From positions 1-47,983 of the forward strand of contig JBDKKQ010000293.1 of the NCBI GenBank assembly GCA_039796015.1: a stretch of 47,983 nt of DNA. Direction: 5' to 3'. The notes below the pieces were generated by a model. The model saw only the letters and a list, made by a program, of their open reading frames with translations. It was not told the origin of the DNA and made no database searches. Shown one piece after another: positions 18,321 to 28,350 of this stretch (positions within the stretch are counted from its first letter, which is position 1; every line of letters starts with the position of its first letter). The DNA is from Verrucomicrobiota bacterium (GTDB lineage: Bacteria > Verrucomicrobiota > Verrucomicrobiia > Limisphaerales > UBA9464). The position numbers and the translations under genes are program-made.

Positions 18321-18350
18321 CGGCCCGCAGCGTTTTCGCGCTACGGGCCG
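18321..18350 (-). terminator. terminator hairpin between Gfo/Idh/MocA gene and serA
   Basis: cggcccgcagcg/cgctacgggccg stem (G-U on minus strand) followed by a U-containing tract. Confidence 0.6.
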
Positions 18351-18385
18351 ATGGGTCTCAGAGAGGTCGTTGGCCGAAGAGTAAT

Positions 18386-19990
18386 TTACAAAGTCACCAC
18401 ACGGACGTTGGAAATCGATCGATCGGCTGCCAATTGATCCAGACAGGCCTTGGGCGGGCGGCTGTCGAGCACGAGCACCGTCAGGGCTAGTCCACCCTCG
18501 GTTTCACGACCAAGGCTCATGCTGGCGATGTTGACGTTGTGATCGGCCAAAATGCTGCCGAGCTTTCCCACCATGCCCGGTCGGTCTTGGTTGTTGAGCA
18601 GGAGCATGGTGCCCGAAGTCGGTATTTCTACCGGAGTGCTCGAGACTCGGACGATCCGGGGGTTTTGAGACGATCCGAAGAAAGTACCTCCAGCGCTGCC
18701 CACCTTGGTATTGCCGTGGAACAACTGGACGTGCAGCCACTCATTGAAGGTGACGGGCTCATCGGATTTCTTTTCTTCGACGGTCAGGCCGAGGTTGGAA
18801 GCAATGGAGCGCACGTTGATGTTGTTGATGTCCTTCGGCCCGGTTCCGCTGGCGTTGAGGTACCCCTTGAGGATGGCGCGGGTTACTGGGTCGGTCGCCG
18901 GGAGGTCCTGAGCCTTTCCGCCGAAGGTGACATACAAACGGTCTACCCCCGGAGGTGCAAGTTGGCTGAGGAGGCTGCCGAGCTTCTCGCCCAACGCCAC
19001 ATAGGGTTGGACTTGTTCAAAGGCCTTGGCATCGACTCCGGGGAGGTTGACCGCGTTGCGAACTTCGCCGGTGAGCAGGAAGGCGCTGATGATTTCGGCG
19101 ACTTCTAGGCCGCACTTCTCTTGGGCTTCTTCGGTGCTCGCTCCGAGATGCGGGGTGAGGACGACATTGGGGAGCGACCGGAGCTTGTGGTCCGCCGCGA
19201 GAGGTTCAGAGCTAAAGACATCCAGAGCGGCCCCGGCGACTTTTCCAGATTCTAGTCCGGCAATGAGGTCCGGTTCGTTGACAATCTCGCCGCGGGCACA
19301 GTTCACGATTCGCACGCCGGGCTTCATCTTGGCGATGGATTCCGAGTTGATCATGCCCCGCGTGTCTGGTGTCACCGGCATGTGGACGGTGATGAAATCC
19401 GAAGAGCGGTAGATGGCATCGGTGTCGGCGACGAGTTCGACCCCCAATTGGCGGGCACGGGCTTCGGTGAGGAAGGGGTCATAGGCGATCACTCGCATTC
19501 CGAAGGCGAGGGCCCGTTTGGCGACTTCCGAACCAATACGGCCCATGCCCAGTACGCCGAGGGTCTTGCCTTGGATCTCAATTCCCTGGAACGCCTTACG
19601 GTCCCACTTGCCCGCGGCCATGGTGGCGTGGGCGGCGGGGATCTTGCGGGCGAGGGCACCCAGCATGAAGAAGGTTAATTCGGCCGTGGTGACGGTATTG
19701 CCGGCCGGGGTGTTCATCACCACGACGCCCCGTTGGGTGGCTGCGGAGACATCGACGTTGTCGATACCCACCCCGGCGCGCCCGACGACCTGGAGTTTCG
19801 GAGCCGCATCCAGCACCGCCTGGGTGACCTTCGTCTCAGAGCGGACTACGAGGGCCTCCACGTCGGCCAGCAAGGGCAGCAATTCTGCCTCGGACAGCCG
19901 CTTGGACAGGACAGTTACCTTGAATTCAGGGCGTGCTTGGAAATACGCGATGCCGCGCGGGGAGATGGGGTCGCAAACAAGAACGTGCAT
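18386..19990 (-). CDS. serA: D-3-phosphoglycerate dehydrogenase (type I, with ACT domain)
   Basis: GRAGVGIDNVD, GMGRIG, NCARG, TPHLGASTEEAQ, DRPGMVG ACT motif. Confidence 0.96.
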   Translation of the reverse strand: MHVLVCDPISPRGIAYFQARPEFKVTVLSKRLSEAELLPLLADVEALVVRSETKVTQAVLDAAPKLQVVGRAGVGIDNVDVSAATQRGVVVMNTPAGNTVTTAELTFFMLGALARKIPAAHATMAAGKWDRKAFQGIEIQGKTLGVLGMGRIGSEVAKRALAFGMRVIAYDPFLTEARARQLGVELVADTDAIYRSSDFITVHMPVTPDTRGMINSESIAKMKPGVRIVNCARGEIVNEPDLIAGLESGKVAGAALDVFSSEPLAADHKLRSLPNVVLTPHLGASTEEAQEKCGLEVAEIISAFLLTGEVRNAVNLPGVDAKAFEQVQPYVALGEKLGSLLSQLAPPGVDRLYVTFGGKAQDLPATDPVTRAILKGYLNASGTGPKDINNINVRSIASNLGLTVEEKKSDEPVTFNEWLHVQLFHGNTKVGSAGGTFFGSSQNPRIVRVSSTPVEIPTSGTMLLLNNQDRPGMVGKLGSILADHNVNIASMSLGRETEGGLALTVLVLDSRPPKACLDQLAADRSISNVRVVTL

Positions 19991-20130
19991 AAAGCTCAGC
20001 GACGGTATGAACCGGGCCGGCGGAGGTCAACGCACTGTTGGGTGTCCTACAGAATGCGTTTGGGTGAAATCGGAGGCTTAGGAAGGGCTGGCTCTTGATC
20101 CGGAGGGGGCGGTGGCTTCCAATCGTTCTT

Positions 20131-21681
20131 ATGGCAAAGCTTTCCCGGCGGCAGTTTGGTGCGGCTCTGGCTGCAGTGGGTGGTCATTGGACCGTGCCAA
20201 TGATCGGCGCGTTGCCGGCCGTGCATTTGGGAGCACGCCCGCTCGTGACTCATGGAGTGGCCAGTGGCGATGTGGAGGCCTCATCGGCCGTTATCTGGAG
20301 CCGGTGCGATCAGGCGGCCCGCATGGTGGTGGAATGGTCGGAGGACGAGTCGTTCCGCACTCGGCAACGACGGGTGGGACCGGTGACGGGTCCGGAGTCC
20401 GATCACACGGCCAAAATGCTCCTTCGGGACCTCCCGACGGGTCGTCGTATCTTCTACCGGGTGTGCTTCGAGGATCGGCAAGGGGTGGCTGGAGACTGGG
20501 AGGCAGGGTCGTTGGTCACGGCCGGTACGGCCATGGGCCCGGGTTCGGAAGTGCATTTTGTCTGGTCGGGAGACACCTGCGGTCAGGGCTACGGCATCGA
20601 TGAGGGGCGTGGTGGTATGCGCACTTACCAGTCGATGTTGGCCCAGGATCCGCAGTTCTTTGTTCACAGCGGAGACACGATCTATGCCGACAATTTGTTA
20701 GCAGCCGAGATGCGACTTCCGGATGGAACCCTCTGGAAAAATCAGGTCACCGAAGAAAAATCGAAGGTGGCCGAGACCTTGGGCGAGTTCCGTGGCAACT
20801 ACCGCTACAACGTGTTGGACGCCCATGTCCGGCGTTTCAATGCCCGAGTTCCGATGTTTGCCCAATGGGATGACCATGAGGTGCTGAACAACTGGTATCC
20901 CGGAGAGTTGCTGCCCGTTTCCGCGGGGTATCGGGTTCGCGACGTGAACTTACTCGCAGCCCGTTCGCGACAGGCGTTCTTCGAGTACATGCCCATCCGG
21001 AAACATCCGCAGCGGCAAATTTATCGGCGCATCCGCCGCGGGCCTCATTGCGAATTGTTCTTTCTGGACCTGCGTTCCTACCGGGGTCCCAACAGCTCCA
21101 ACCGCCAGCCCATCTCCGGTCCAGAAACCGATTATCTGGGACGTACCCAACTGGATTGGTTGAAGGAATCCATCGCGGCCAGCACGGCCACCTGGAAGTT
21201 CGTGTGCTCGGATATGCCCCTCGGGTTGTTGGTCCGCGATGGCGCCGAAGCTTTCGAAAATGGGGCCAATGGGGACGGGATTCCCTTGGGTCGTGAATTA
21301 GAGATCGCTTCGCTGTTGCGCCATTTGCGGGACCATCGAGTCCGCAATGTGGTCTGGTTGACGGCGGATGTGCATTACTGCGCCTCGCATTTCTATGACC
21401 CCGCCCAGGCTCAGTTTTCCGAATTCGACGGCTTTTGGGAGTTTGTCAGTGGCCCTCTCCACGCGGGCACCTTCGGGCCGGGAACTCTCGACAACACCTT
21501 CGGGCCGCAGGTTCGGTTTTCTTCGCGCAAACCGGGGCAGGCTGTCTCGGGGCCCTGGAGCACTGAACAATTCTTTGGGTCGGTCCGCATCGCTCCGGTG
21601 ACCCAGGTGGCCACCGTGACCCATTTGAATCGAGACGGGCAGCGCTTGTGGAGTGTTGATCTGGAGCCGGCCCGCGCATGA
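20131..21681 (+). CDS. phoD: PhoD-family alkaline phosphatase/phosphodiesterase
   Basis: SRRQF Tat signal, GVASGD, HSGDTIYAD, WDDHEV, LDLRSYR, TADVH. Confidence 0.93.
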   Translation: MAKLSRRQFGAALAAVGGHWTVPMIGALPAVHLGARPLVTHGVASGDVEASSAVIWSRCDQAARMVVEWSEDESFRTRQRRVGPVTGPESDHTAKMLLRDLPTGRRIFYRVCFEDRQGVAGDWEAGSLVTAGTAMGPGSEVHFVWSGDTCGQGYGIDEGRGGMRTYQSMLAQDPQFFVHSGDTIYADNLLAAEMRLPDGTLWKNQVTEEKSKVAETLGEFRGNYRYNVLDAHVRRFNARVPMFAQWDDHEVLNNWYPGELLPVSAGYRVRDVNLLAARSRQAFFEYMPIRKHPQRQIYRRIRRGPHCELFFLDLRSYRGPNSSNRQPISGPETDYLGRTQLDWLKESIAASTATWKFVCSDMPLGLLVRDGAEAFENGANGDGIPLGRELEIASLLRHLRDHRVRNVVWLTADVHYCASHFYDPAQAQFSEFDGFWEFVSGPLHAGTFGPGTLDNTFGPQVRFSSRKPGQAVSGPWSTEQFFGSVRIAPVTQVATVTHLNRDGQRLWSVDLEPARA

Positions 21682-22835
21682 GTGAAGTTTCCGAACCCAT
21701 GCCTCCAGGAATGCCCCATCCTTCGATGGAATGTTCTCCACTCCTCGTCGAGCGGATCCGGGCAGCGATTGGAACCGGGGGTGGCGCTGTCTCGCTGTCT
21801 CGCTACATGGAAATGGCTCTCTATGAGCCGGGTCTCGGGTACTACGAGCGCACCCCTCGGATCGTGGGTCGTCGCGGAGATTTTGCGACTAGTGTCTCGG
21901 TGGGATCCCTCTTTGGCGAATTGCTAGCTTATTGGATCGAGCACGAAGTCGGCGCATCGGAAGGATTGTCCGACGGGCCTCTAGAAATCGTCGAGGCTGG
22001 GGCTCACGACGGCCGATGGGCGGAAGATATCCTGGAGGCGCTCATGCGTGGAAGCGGCAAGGACGGTGAGCGCTTCTGTTACCGGATTGTTGAGCCGAGT
22101 GCGACACGTCAGGCTTGGCAGCGTGAGCGTTTGGCCCGCTTCGGCGACCGCGTGGTCTGGAGCGAGGCGATGCCAGCCCGGGTGCGCGGGGTCATTCTCT
22201 CCAATGAACTGCTTGATGCCTTTCCGGTGGAACGCTGGTGCTGGAACGCTACCCAGCGGCGATGGGTAGAGCAGGGGGTGTGCTGGAAAGAGGGACGGTT
22301 CGACTGGATCGCACTGCCAGCCCCCGCGCCGATGGAGTGGAACTTGCCCGAAGAATTACAATCGGTGTTGCCCAACGGATTTGTTCGCGAGCGAAGCCCA
22401 ACTGCGGTGGCCTGGTGGGCTCGGGCCGCCGCCGCGTTGCAGGCGGGTTGTCTGATCACCCTCGATTACGGGTTGGAGGCGGAGGAGTTTCTGACTCCCG
22501 GCCGATCGGCAGGAACGCTGCGAGCCTACCACCGTCACCGGTTTTTCGACGACCTCTTGTCATTTCCGGGCGAGGTGGACTTGACGGCCCACGTTGATTT
22601 TAGCGCCGTCGCTGAGGCGGGTCTGCAGCAAGGGTTGGTGCCGTGGTACCGGGAACGCCAATCCAGGTTCCTCATGCGAATTCTCGAATCGACTCAGCGG
22701 AGTTCGGGCCGCTTCCCGGATTGGAGCACTCAACGCGTCCGAGCCTTCCAGACACTGACTCACCCTGAGCACTTCGGTCGTGGGTTCCGGGTGTTGGCTC
22801 AAGGACGTGGTGGTGCACCGTGGGGCCGAGCCTAA
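21678..22835 (+). CDS. SAM-dependent methyltransferase, MidA/NDUFAF7 family
   Basis: YMEMALYEPGLGYY, GDFATS, EAGAHDG, SNELLDAFP, DYG, DLTAHVDF. Confidence 0.9.
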   Translation: MSEVSEPMPPGMPHPSMECSPLLVERIRAAIGTGGGAVSLSRYMEMALYEPGLGYYERTPRIVGRRGDFATSVSVGSLFGELLAYWIEHEVGASEGLSDGPLEIVEAGAHDGRWAEDILEALMRGSGKDGERFCYRIVEPSATRQAWQRERLARFGDRVVWSEAMPARVRGVILSNELLDAFPVERWCWNATQRRWVEQGVCWKEGRFDWIALPAPAPMEWNLPEELQSVLPNGFVRERSPTAVAWWARAAAALQAGCLITLDYGLEAEEFLTPGRSAGTLRAYHRHRFFDDLLSFPGEVDLTAHVDFSAVAEAGLQQGLVPWYRERQSRFLMRILESTQRSSGRFPDWSTQRVRAFQTLTHPEHFGRGFRVLAQGRGGAPWGRA

Positions 22836-22915
22836 AGAGAATCGTTGCTGCCAAGCCTGGTTTCAGTCGGGCCCGTCTCTCGTAGATCCAACTTCCCGTT
22901 GCCCGCGAGGCAACC

Positions 22916-24007
22916 GTGCGCCAGTTTTGGCCTCGCGAGATGATGGACATAGCAGGCACAGCTCCCTGGCGACGGCCGGATCTCCGCCCGCTTGCGTGGG
23001 CGGCGGTGGTCGCGCTCGTCGTGCATATTCTTGTCTTCCTGCTGTGGACAGGCGCCGCGGTGTGGGTTCGCAAAGCCCCCGACCAGGCCCCGGATTGGGT
23101 TAAAAATCTGGTCCAACCCACTTTGCCAATGCCTGTGAAATCCGTGGATCCCGCACAGGATCCCGCGTGGCAAGAGGTGCCCATGACCTTCATCGAAGTC
23201 GATCCTGCGTTGGCGGTAAAGGATCCGCCGAAGGACGCCAAATTTTACTCGGCAGCCAATGCGGTGTCCGGTCAGGCCATTCCGTCGCAAAAAGCGCTCA
23301 AGGATCCGGAGATCACTGGCACCCAGAAGACGATGCCCAAGACCTTCGACACGGCCAAACCGTCACCGACCCCGCCCCAGGCCCAACCGAAGGAGGAAGA
23401 AGCCCCGGCGACTCCGGAGACGGCGGTCCGCCAAGAGAAGAAAGACTCCCAAAAGGCCCAGCCCTTGGGAGGGGTTCAGAATCTGGGCGAAACTCAATTG
23501 GCCAAGGTGGAACCCAAGGCCGCGACCGAGCGACCTCAAGAAGAGCGCAAGCCCGTTGAAGCCCAGGAATCTGGCACGCCAAGGCGCAAACCCATCAAGC
23601 GTTTGGCTCAGGCCATGGAACAAAAAGGCATCATTCGCGGGGAGAAGATGCTTCAGCAAGGGGGATCCAGTCGGTTCAGTATCTCGCCGTCTTTCGACGT
23701 CAAGAGCACTCCCTTCGGTGAGTACGATCTGCGAATGATCGCCGCCGTGCAGGAGCGCTGGTGGGCGCTTTTGGAGGAGCGGCATTATGCCTTGGAGCGC
23801 ACGGGCAAGGTGGTTCTTAAGTTTCGTTTGCACGGCGATGGTACGATTTCTCAGATGACCACCGCCGAGGCAACTGTCGGTGAGACGCTCAGTTTCACCT
23901 GTGAGGCGGCGGTCATGGGGGCTTCGCCTTTCGGTCGATGGCCCAGCGTGTTGAAAGCTCAAGCGCTGGATCCTCGCGAGATTACCTTCACTTTTCACTA
24001 CTACTGA
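22916..24007 (+). CDS. TonB/TolA-like energy transducer
   Basis: N-terminal TM with His, Pro/Lys/Glu-rich linker, TonB_C-like domain (GKVVLKFRLHGDGTI); precedes exbB-exbD; start may be 22940. Confidence 0.75.
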   Translation: MRQFWPREMMDIAGTAPWRRPDLRPLAWAAVVALVVHILVFLLWTGAAVWVRKAPDQAPDWVKNLVQPTLPMPVKSVDPAQDPAWQEVPMTFIEVDPALAVKDPPKDAKFYSAANAVSGQAIPSQKALKDPEITGTQKTMPKTFDTAKPSPTPPQAQPKEEEAPATPETAVRQEKKDSQKAQPLGGVQNLGETQLAKVEPKAATERPQEERKPVEAQESGTPRRKPIKRLAQAMEQKGIIRGEKMLQQGGSSRFSISPSFDVKSTPFGEYDLRMIAAVQERWWALLEERHYALERTGKVVLKFRLHGDGTISQMTTAEATVGETLSFTCEAAVMGASPFGRWPSVLKAQALDPREITFTFHYY

Positions 24008-24055
24008 CACCGGTCCTGCGGCCGGTTTGTATATTTTCAAACACCTTAGAAACTC

Positions 24056-24715
24056 ATGCGATCATTTTTGGATGGCGGCCCCTTTGTGTGGCTCTTGCTA
24101 GGGCTTTCGGTGACGGCTTTGACCGTCGTGCTGGAACGGGCTTGGTCGTTGCGGCGAGACCGCATCCTGCCACGCCCCTTGATGGATGCTTTGGCTGATG
24201 GCGATGTGGCCCGTTTGCGGGGAGCTTGCCAGGGTCATTCGTCGCCCATGGCTCGCCTGATTCTCTCGATCTTGGACCACCTACCGTGGCCTAAGGCGGA
24301 GAATGTGGCAGCCCTTGAGGTGCGAGCCCGTCAGGAGATTGCCGGTTTGGAGCGTGGTTTGGTGATCTTGGAGATCATCGTGGGTATTGCTCCGCTGTTG
24401 GGATTGGTCGGGACTATTTACGGCATCATTCCGCTGTTGGGGGATTTTGGAACCAACCTCCAGGCCGACAACGCGTTCATTGCTAAAGGGATGTCGATCG
24501 CTCTCTACAAGACGGTGCTCGGATTGCTGGTGGCCATGCCCACGTTGGCCGCCTGGAGCCTTTTTAATAAGCGCGTCGAACTGATAGGGCTTGAATTGGA
24601 GAGCGTTTGCGATGCCTTGATGCGCCGGCATTATCTGCGAGAGCGTGGGTCCAATGGCGCTGGAGCGGCTCGTGGAGCTGACGGTGGCGTTGGGGCTGAA
24701 GGGGTGCGTCCATGA
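24056..24715 (+). CDS. exbB: MotA/TolQ/ExbB proton channel protein
   Basis: IAPLLGLVGTIYG, GMSIALYKTVLGLLVAMP. Confidence 0.88.
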   Translation: MRSFLDGGPFVWLLLGLSVTALTVVLERAWSLRRDRILPRPLMDALADGDVARLRGACQGHSSPMARLILSILDHLPWPKAENVAALEVRARQEIAGLERGLVILEIIVGIAPLLGLVGTIYGIIPLLGDFGTNLQADNAFIAKGMSIALYKTVLGLLVAMPTLAAWSLFNKRVELIGLELESVCDALMRRHYLRERGSNGAGAARGADGGVGAEGVRP

Positions 24716-25137
24716 AGTTCCTGACACGCCGCCGCAAAGCTGCTCCAGCCATTATCATTATTTCGCTGATCGATGTGCTGGTGGTGTTGATGGTTTTCCT
24801 GATGGTAACCACGCGGTTTAAGAACACCCCTTCGGTGGCTCTGACCTTGCCCGAGACCCGTGAAGCGCCGAAGGCTGGAGCCAGTGCCGAGAAGCCGCCC
24901 ATGGTGGTGACCATTGCCGCGGCTGCTCCGCAATTCTATGTGGGCCCCCGTGCGGTCACCTCCGACAAATTGCTCAATGAATTGAAGGATGCCGTCGCTG
25001 CCGATTCCAAGGTGAAGGTGGTGTTGAGGGCCGACGAGAACGCCAACTGGGGCGATGTGGTGAAGGTCATGGACTTCGCCAAACAAGCCAAGGTTCAGAA
25101 CATCCGGGCTTTCACCCGTACGGCTGGTGGGAAGTGA
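24712..25137 (+). CDS. exbD: ExbD/TolR biopolymer transporter
   Basis: SLIDVLVVLMVFLMV, LRADENANWGDVVKVMD. Confidence 0.9.
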   Translation: MKFLTRRRKAAPAIIIISLIDVLVVLMVFLMVTTRFKNTPSVALTLPETREAPKAGASAEKPPMVVTIAAAAPQFYVGPRAVTSDKLLNELKDAVAADSKVKVVLRADENANWGDVVKVMDFAKQAKVQNIRAFTRTAGGK

Positions 25138-25142
25138 TGTGT

Positions 25143-25313
25143 GGGCTACGCGGGACCAGTCCTGCGCTCGCAGGGAAGCTTTGGAGAGGATCGGCTTTCG
25201 CGCGGTGCGCGAGGGGAGGGTTTGATCGCTTCCAATGCTTGCTCCGGACCGATCCCGCTCCGCTGCGGTTTTAGGGGGCTACGCGGGACCAGTCCTGCGC
25301 TCGCAGGGAAGCT
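25143..25313. repeat. REP/REPIN-like element: one full ~117-bp copy plus a perfect 38-bp partial copy
   Basis: gggctacgcgggaccagtcctgcgctcgcagggaagct at 25143 and 25276; 25143..25259 is homologous to 45654..45772. Confidence 0.8.
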
Positions 25314-25321
25314 CAGGCGAG

Positions 25322-26368
25322 TCAGTGGCGGCGGGTGGTGTAGGTGCGGGTGACGGGGCCGGGCAGGGTGATGGAGTAGGTGCTGCCATCGGGGAGTACT
25401 GCGCAGTGGATGGGGTGGGCGGTGCCGGTTTCGGTGTTGGCAATAAAGTCGCTGGGGATGTTGTTGGTGACGCCGTCAGGCCGGCGGTTCCGGTGCAATT
25501 GGTATTGGGCTTCGATCCGCGGGAGGGTGCGTAGCGTGGCCAGAACTTCGCCGGCGGTGCCCTTGGTGGGGCCGTTGTTCATGACGGTGACGGTGGGGTT
25601 GAGGGCGCTCAGCAGGCGCGGGTGGTTGCTGACATCGAGGCCGTGGTGGGTGATTTGCAACAAGTCCACTTCCGGAACTCGGATGTTGGGCCAAATCAAT
25701 TGGGTTTCTGCATTCCAGGTGAGGTCGCCGCCGTCGAAGAAGCGGAAGTTTCCGAAGCTCAGGACCCAGGCAGAGCTGTTGGCATTGTCGGAGGTGTCCG
25801 GGGCTTTGAGGGTCGGGGCGGATCCTTGGGCTTTTCGAGTAGGGAAGGCTCCTTCGGCGGGTTTCTGACGGGTGATGACACAGCGTATCGACAGGGGGGT
25901 CTTGCCGCTGGTCAGCGGTAGGCTAATGCCAGGTTCGACGCGATGCCGCTGTCCAACAGGCATGGTGCGGTAGGTCTTGCTGGTGAGGGGCCAGGTGGAG
26001 TTGCGGTTGCCGTCCGGGTCGGCGTCGGTGAGGCCGTTGTCCCAAAGGTTTTTGATGGGTACTTGGGCGGCGATTTCGGCGGCGCCACCAAAGTGGTCGA
26101 TGTGCAGGTGGGTGATTACCAGGTGGTCGAGATGTTGGAGGCCCGCGGTCTGGGTGAGGACTTTGAGGATGCGGGCCGAGTCGCGGCCGCCCGGGTTGCC
26201 GGAGTCGATGAGAATGCTCTCGCCGGCGGGCGTGATGATGAGGGTGGAACCACCGCCGTCCGAGTCGCACCACCAGATGTCCAGCCGCCCGTCGGACTTT
26301 CCGGCTATGAGGGACAGGGCGAGGGAGGGGACAAGGGCTAGGCTGAGGGCGAAGCGACGCAGGGACAT
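25322..26368 (-). CDS. secreted MBL-fold metallo-hydrolase (ComEC/Rec2-like)
   Basis: Signal peptide, LIDSG, THLHIDHFGG, GGDL, HHG motifs. Confidence 0.88.
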   Translation of the reverse strand: MSLRRFALSLALVPSLALSLIAGKSDGRLDIWWCDSDGGGSTLIITPAGESILIDSGNPGGRDSARILKVLTQTAGLQHLDHLVITHLHIDHFGGAAEIAAQVPIKNLWDNGLTDADPDGNRNSTWPLTSKTYRTMPVGQRHRVEPGISLPLTSGKTPLSIRCVITRQKPAEGAFPTRKAQGSAPTLKAPDTSDNANSSAWVLSFGNFRFFDGGDLTWNAETQLIWPNIRVPEVDLLQITHHGLDVSNHPRLLSALNPTVTVMNNGPTKGTAGEVLATLRTLPRIEAQYQLHRNRRPDGVTNNIPSDFIANTETGTAHPIHCAVLPDGSTYSITLPGPVTRTYTTRRH

Positions 26369-26459
26369 AATGGGGATAGATTACTGATCATGGGTTCGGA
26401 CTCCAGCCCGCCGTGTGGGATCCATTGAGTGATTCTCTAGGCCGAGGGATCTCTGAGCC

Positions 26460-26704
26460 GAACGATTTGAATGGGTGAGGTCGTGCTGGCTAACGCTATG
26501 GCGCGCCACCAAATGTCGTCCGAAGGCCCTCCGCCAAAGGTTTCTGAGATAGGGACCGATTTCCGAGCGGTCCGGCCCTGCGACTGTCGGTGTCTGAGGA
26601 CGTTCCGTGTCTGAGGACGCGGCGCTTTCGGAGAAATCGCTCTATCTCGGAGGTGCTCGGGTAAGGCTGGGTCAGAACGATTTGAGTGGGTGAGGTCGTG
26701 CTGG
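26460..26704. repeat. 30-bp direct repeats flanking a 185-bp hairpin-forming segment
   Basis: gaacgatttga(a/g)tgggtgaggtcgtgctgg at 26460 and 26675; internal 13-mer repeat at 26590/26607. Confidence 0.75.
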
Positions 26705-26868
26705 ATACGTCTTCTTCCGCAAGAGCGTCGTTGTTTGCTGATTATGGGCTTCAAGCACGGACCTCAGTTGGGGGTTCGATCTTCGTTCTCTACTGGTCGT
26801 CTTGGGAAAGAATCCGCTGCGCCGTCGCTTTCTTCCCAACTGAATCGTTCCGGCTTAGGCTTCGCTGC

Positions 26869-27888
26869 ATGTCGAACCAAGTGCGGGTGGCGGTGATCGG
26901 GACGGGGTCGCTGGGCAAGGAACACGCGCGTATTTATGCCGACCTAGCCAAGGCGGGGTTGGCGGAGTTCACCGGGGTGTTCGATGCCAATCCTGAGGCG
27001 GCCCGCACTCATGCGGCGCGTTGGGGGGTGCGAGCTTTTGCTTCGGTGGCTGAGGCTGCGGAGGTGAGCGATGCTCTCAGTGTGGTGACTCCGACGGTGA
27101 CTCACCATGCGATCGCTCGCGAGTTACTCAGTCTGGGGCGACATGTGTTGGTCGAGAAGCCGATGACCGACAATTCCGATCAAGCTCAGGATCTCGTTCG
27201 ATTGGCTCAGGAAAAGGGTTTAGTGCTCCAGGTGGGGCATGTGGAGCGGTTCAACCCGGTGTTTAGCTATTTGGAACAGGCAGCACCGTTTCCGAAATTC
27301 ATCGAGTGCCATCGGTTGTCGCCGTTCCCGGCTCGGAGCACGGACATCGGAGTGGTGCTGGACCTGATGATCCACGATCTTGATGTGGTGATGGCTTTTG
27401 TGAAGTCGCCAGTGGTGTCGGTGGATGCGGTGGGGATTCCTGTTTTGAGTCGCAGCGAGGACATTGCCAATGCGCGACTTCGGTTCGCCAATGGTTGCGT
27501 GGCCAATCTTACGGCCAGTCGCATTAGCCCGGAGCGGATGCGCAAGATTCGCGTCTTCAGCGGGGGCGATCATCCGGTGTACATCAGCCTCGATTACCGG
27601 GTTCAGGAAGGCTTCCTGTATCGGTTGGCGCGGGACGGCGAGGAGGAGAGCTCTCTGCTCCGCAAGCTGTTGTCGGCAAAGGAGTCGACGATTGTCAGTG
27701 AGTTTGCCGGCAAGCGAATCGTCCGGGAACCGGTACCCATTAATAAGGACGAGCCGTTGAAGCTCGAGTTGTCGGATTTCGTGGCCTGCGTGAGGGAGAG
27801 ACAGGTGCCGAAGGTGAGTGGAGCCCAGGCGAAGGCAGCGCTGGATGTTGCTTTCGAAATTGTGCGGCAAATCCAAGCATCGCCGTAA
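26869..27888 (+). CDS. Gfo/Idh/MocA oxidoreductase (GnnA-like UDP-GlcNAc dehydrogenase group)
   Basis: VIGTGSLG, HVLVEKP, QVGHVERFNP, DLMIHDLD, ANLTASRIS. Confidence 0.85.
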   Translation: MSNQVRVAVIGTGSLGKEHARIYADLAKAGLAEFTGVFDANPEAARTHAARWGVRAFASVAEAAEVSDALSVVTPTVTHHAIARELLSLGRHVLVEKPMTDNSDQAQDLVRLAQEKGLVLQVGHVERFNPVFSYLEQAAPFPKFIECHRLSPFPARSTDIGVVLDLMIHDLDVVMAFVKSPVVSVDAVGIPVLSRSEDIANARLRFANGCVANLTASRISPERMRKIRVFSGGDHPVYISLDYRVQEGFLYRLARDGEEESSLLRKLLSAKESTIVSEFAGKRIVREPVPINKDEPLKLELSDFVACVRERQVPKVSGAQAKAALDVAFEIVRQIQASP

Positions 27889-27953
27889 TTCAAAGTGGGA
27901 CTGTTGGGGCGATCGGCTTATGGGATCCCGCCCCGGTCGGGGGGAGAGATAGT

Positions 27954-28350
27954 GTCTTGGAAGGGCTGTAAGCCGAATTCTGTCTTCCTGACTTGCGCCA
28001 GGGAGAGAGTCATTTCTCTGAGCGACCGATACCCGGAACCCGATCGACTTTCGCCGATACGATGCGGGCCGCATCGAAGGTCCCCTATTTGGTCTTGCTC
28101 CCGGAGAGGTTTGCCATGCCCCGCTTCTTGCGTCGCGAGCGGTGGTCTCTTAAACCGCCTTTTCACCCTTACCCGTACCTTTCGGCGCGGGCGGTATATT
28201 CTCTGTGGCACTGTCTGTCGGCCACGCCTTACGTCGTGACCTCCCGCGTGTATCTCCGGCCTAACCGGAGTTACGTGGCTCCGCGCCCTATGGAGTTCGG
28301 ACTTTCCTCCCGCAACTTGCGCCGCGAGCGACCCTCCACCCTTCCAAGAC
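27954..28350 (-). ncRNA. rnpB: RNase P RNA (type A)
   Basis: Minus strand GAGGAAAGTCCGAACTCC near 5' end, ACAGAATTCGGCTTACAG near 3' end, P1 stem gtcttggaaggg/cccttccaagac. Confidence 0.95.

Noticed and set aside
25143-25313. 38-bp repeats as a CRISPR array
   Set aside because: Only two repeats, a 95-bp spacer that is itself conserved at 45.7 kb, and no cas genes
26390-26412. gggttcggactcc resembling a tRNA T-loop or att site
   Set aside because: No T-stem, acceptor stem or cloverleaf can be formed
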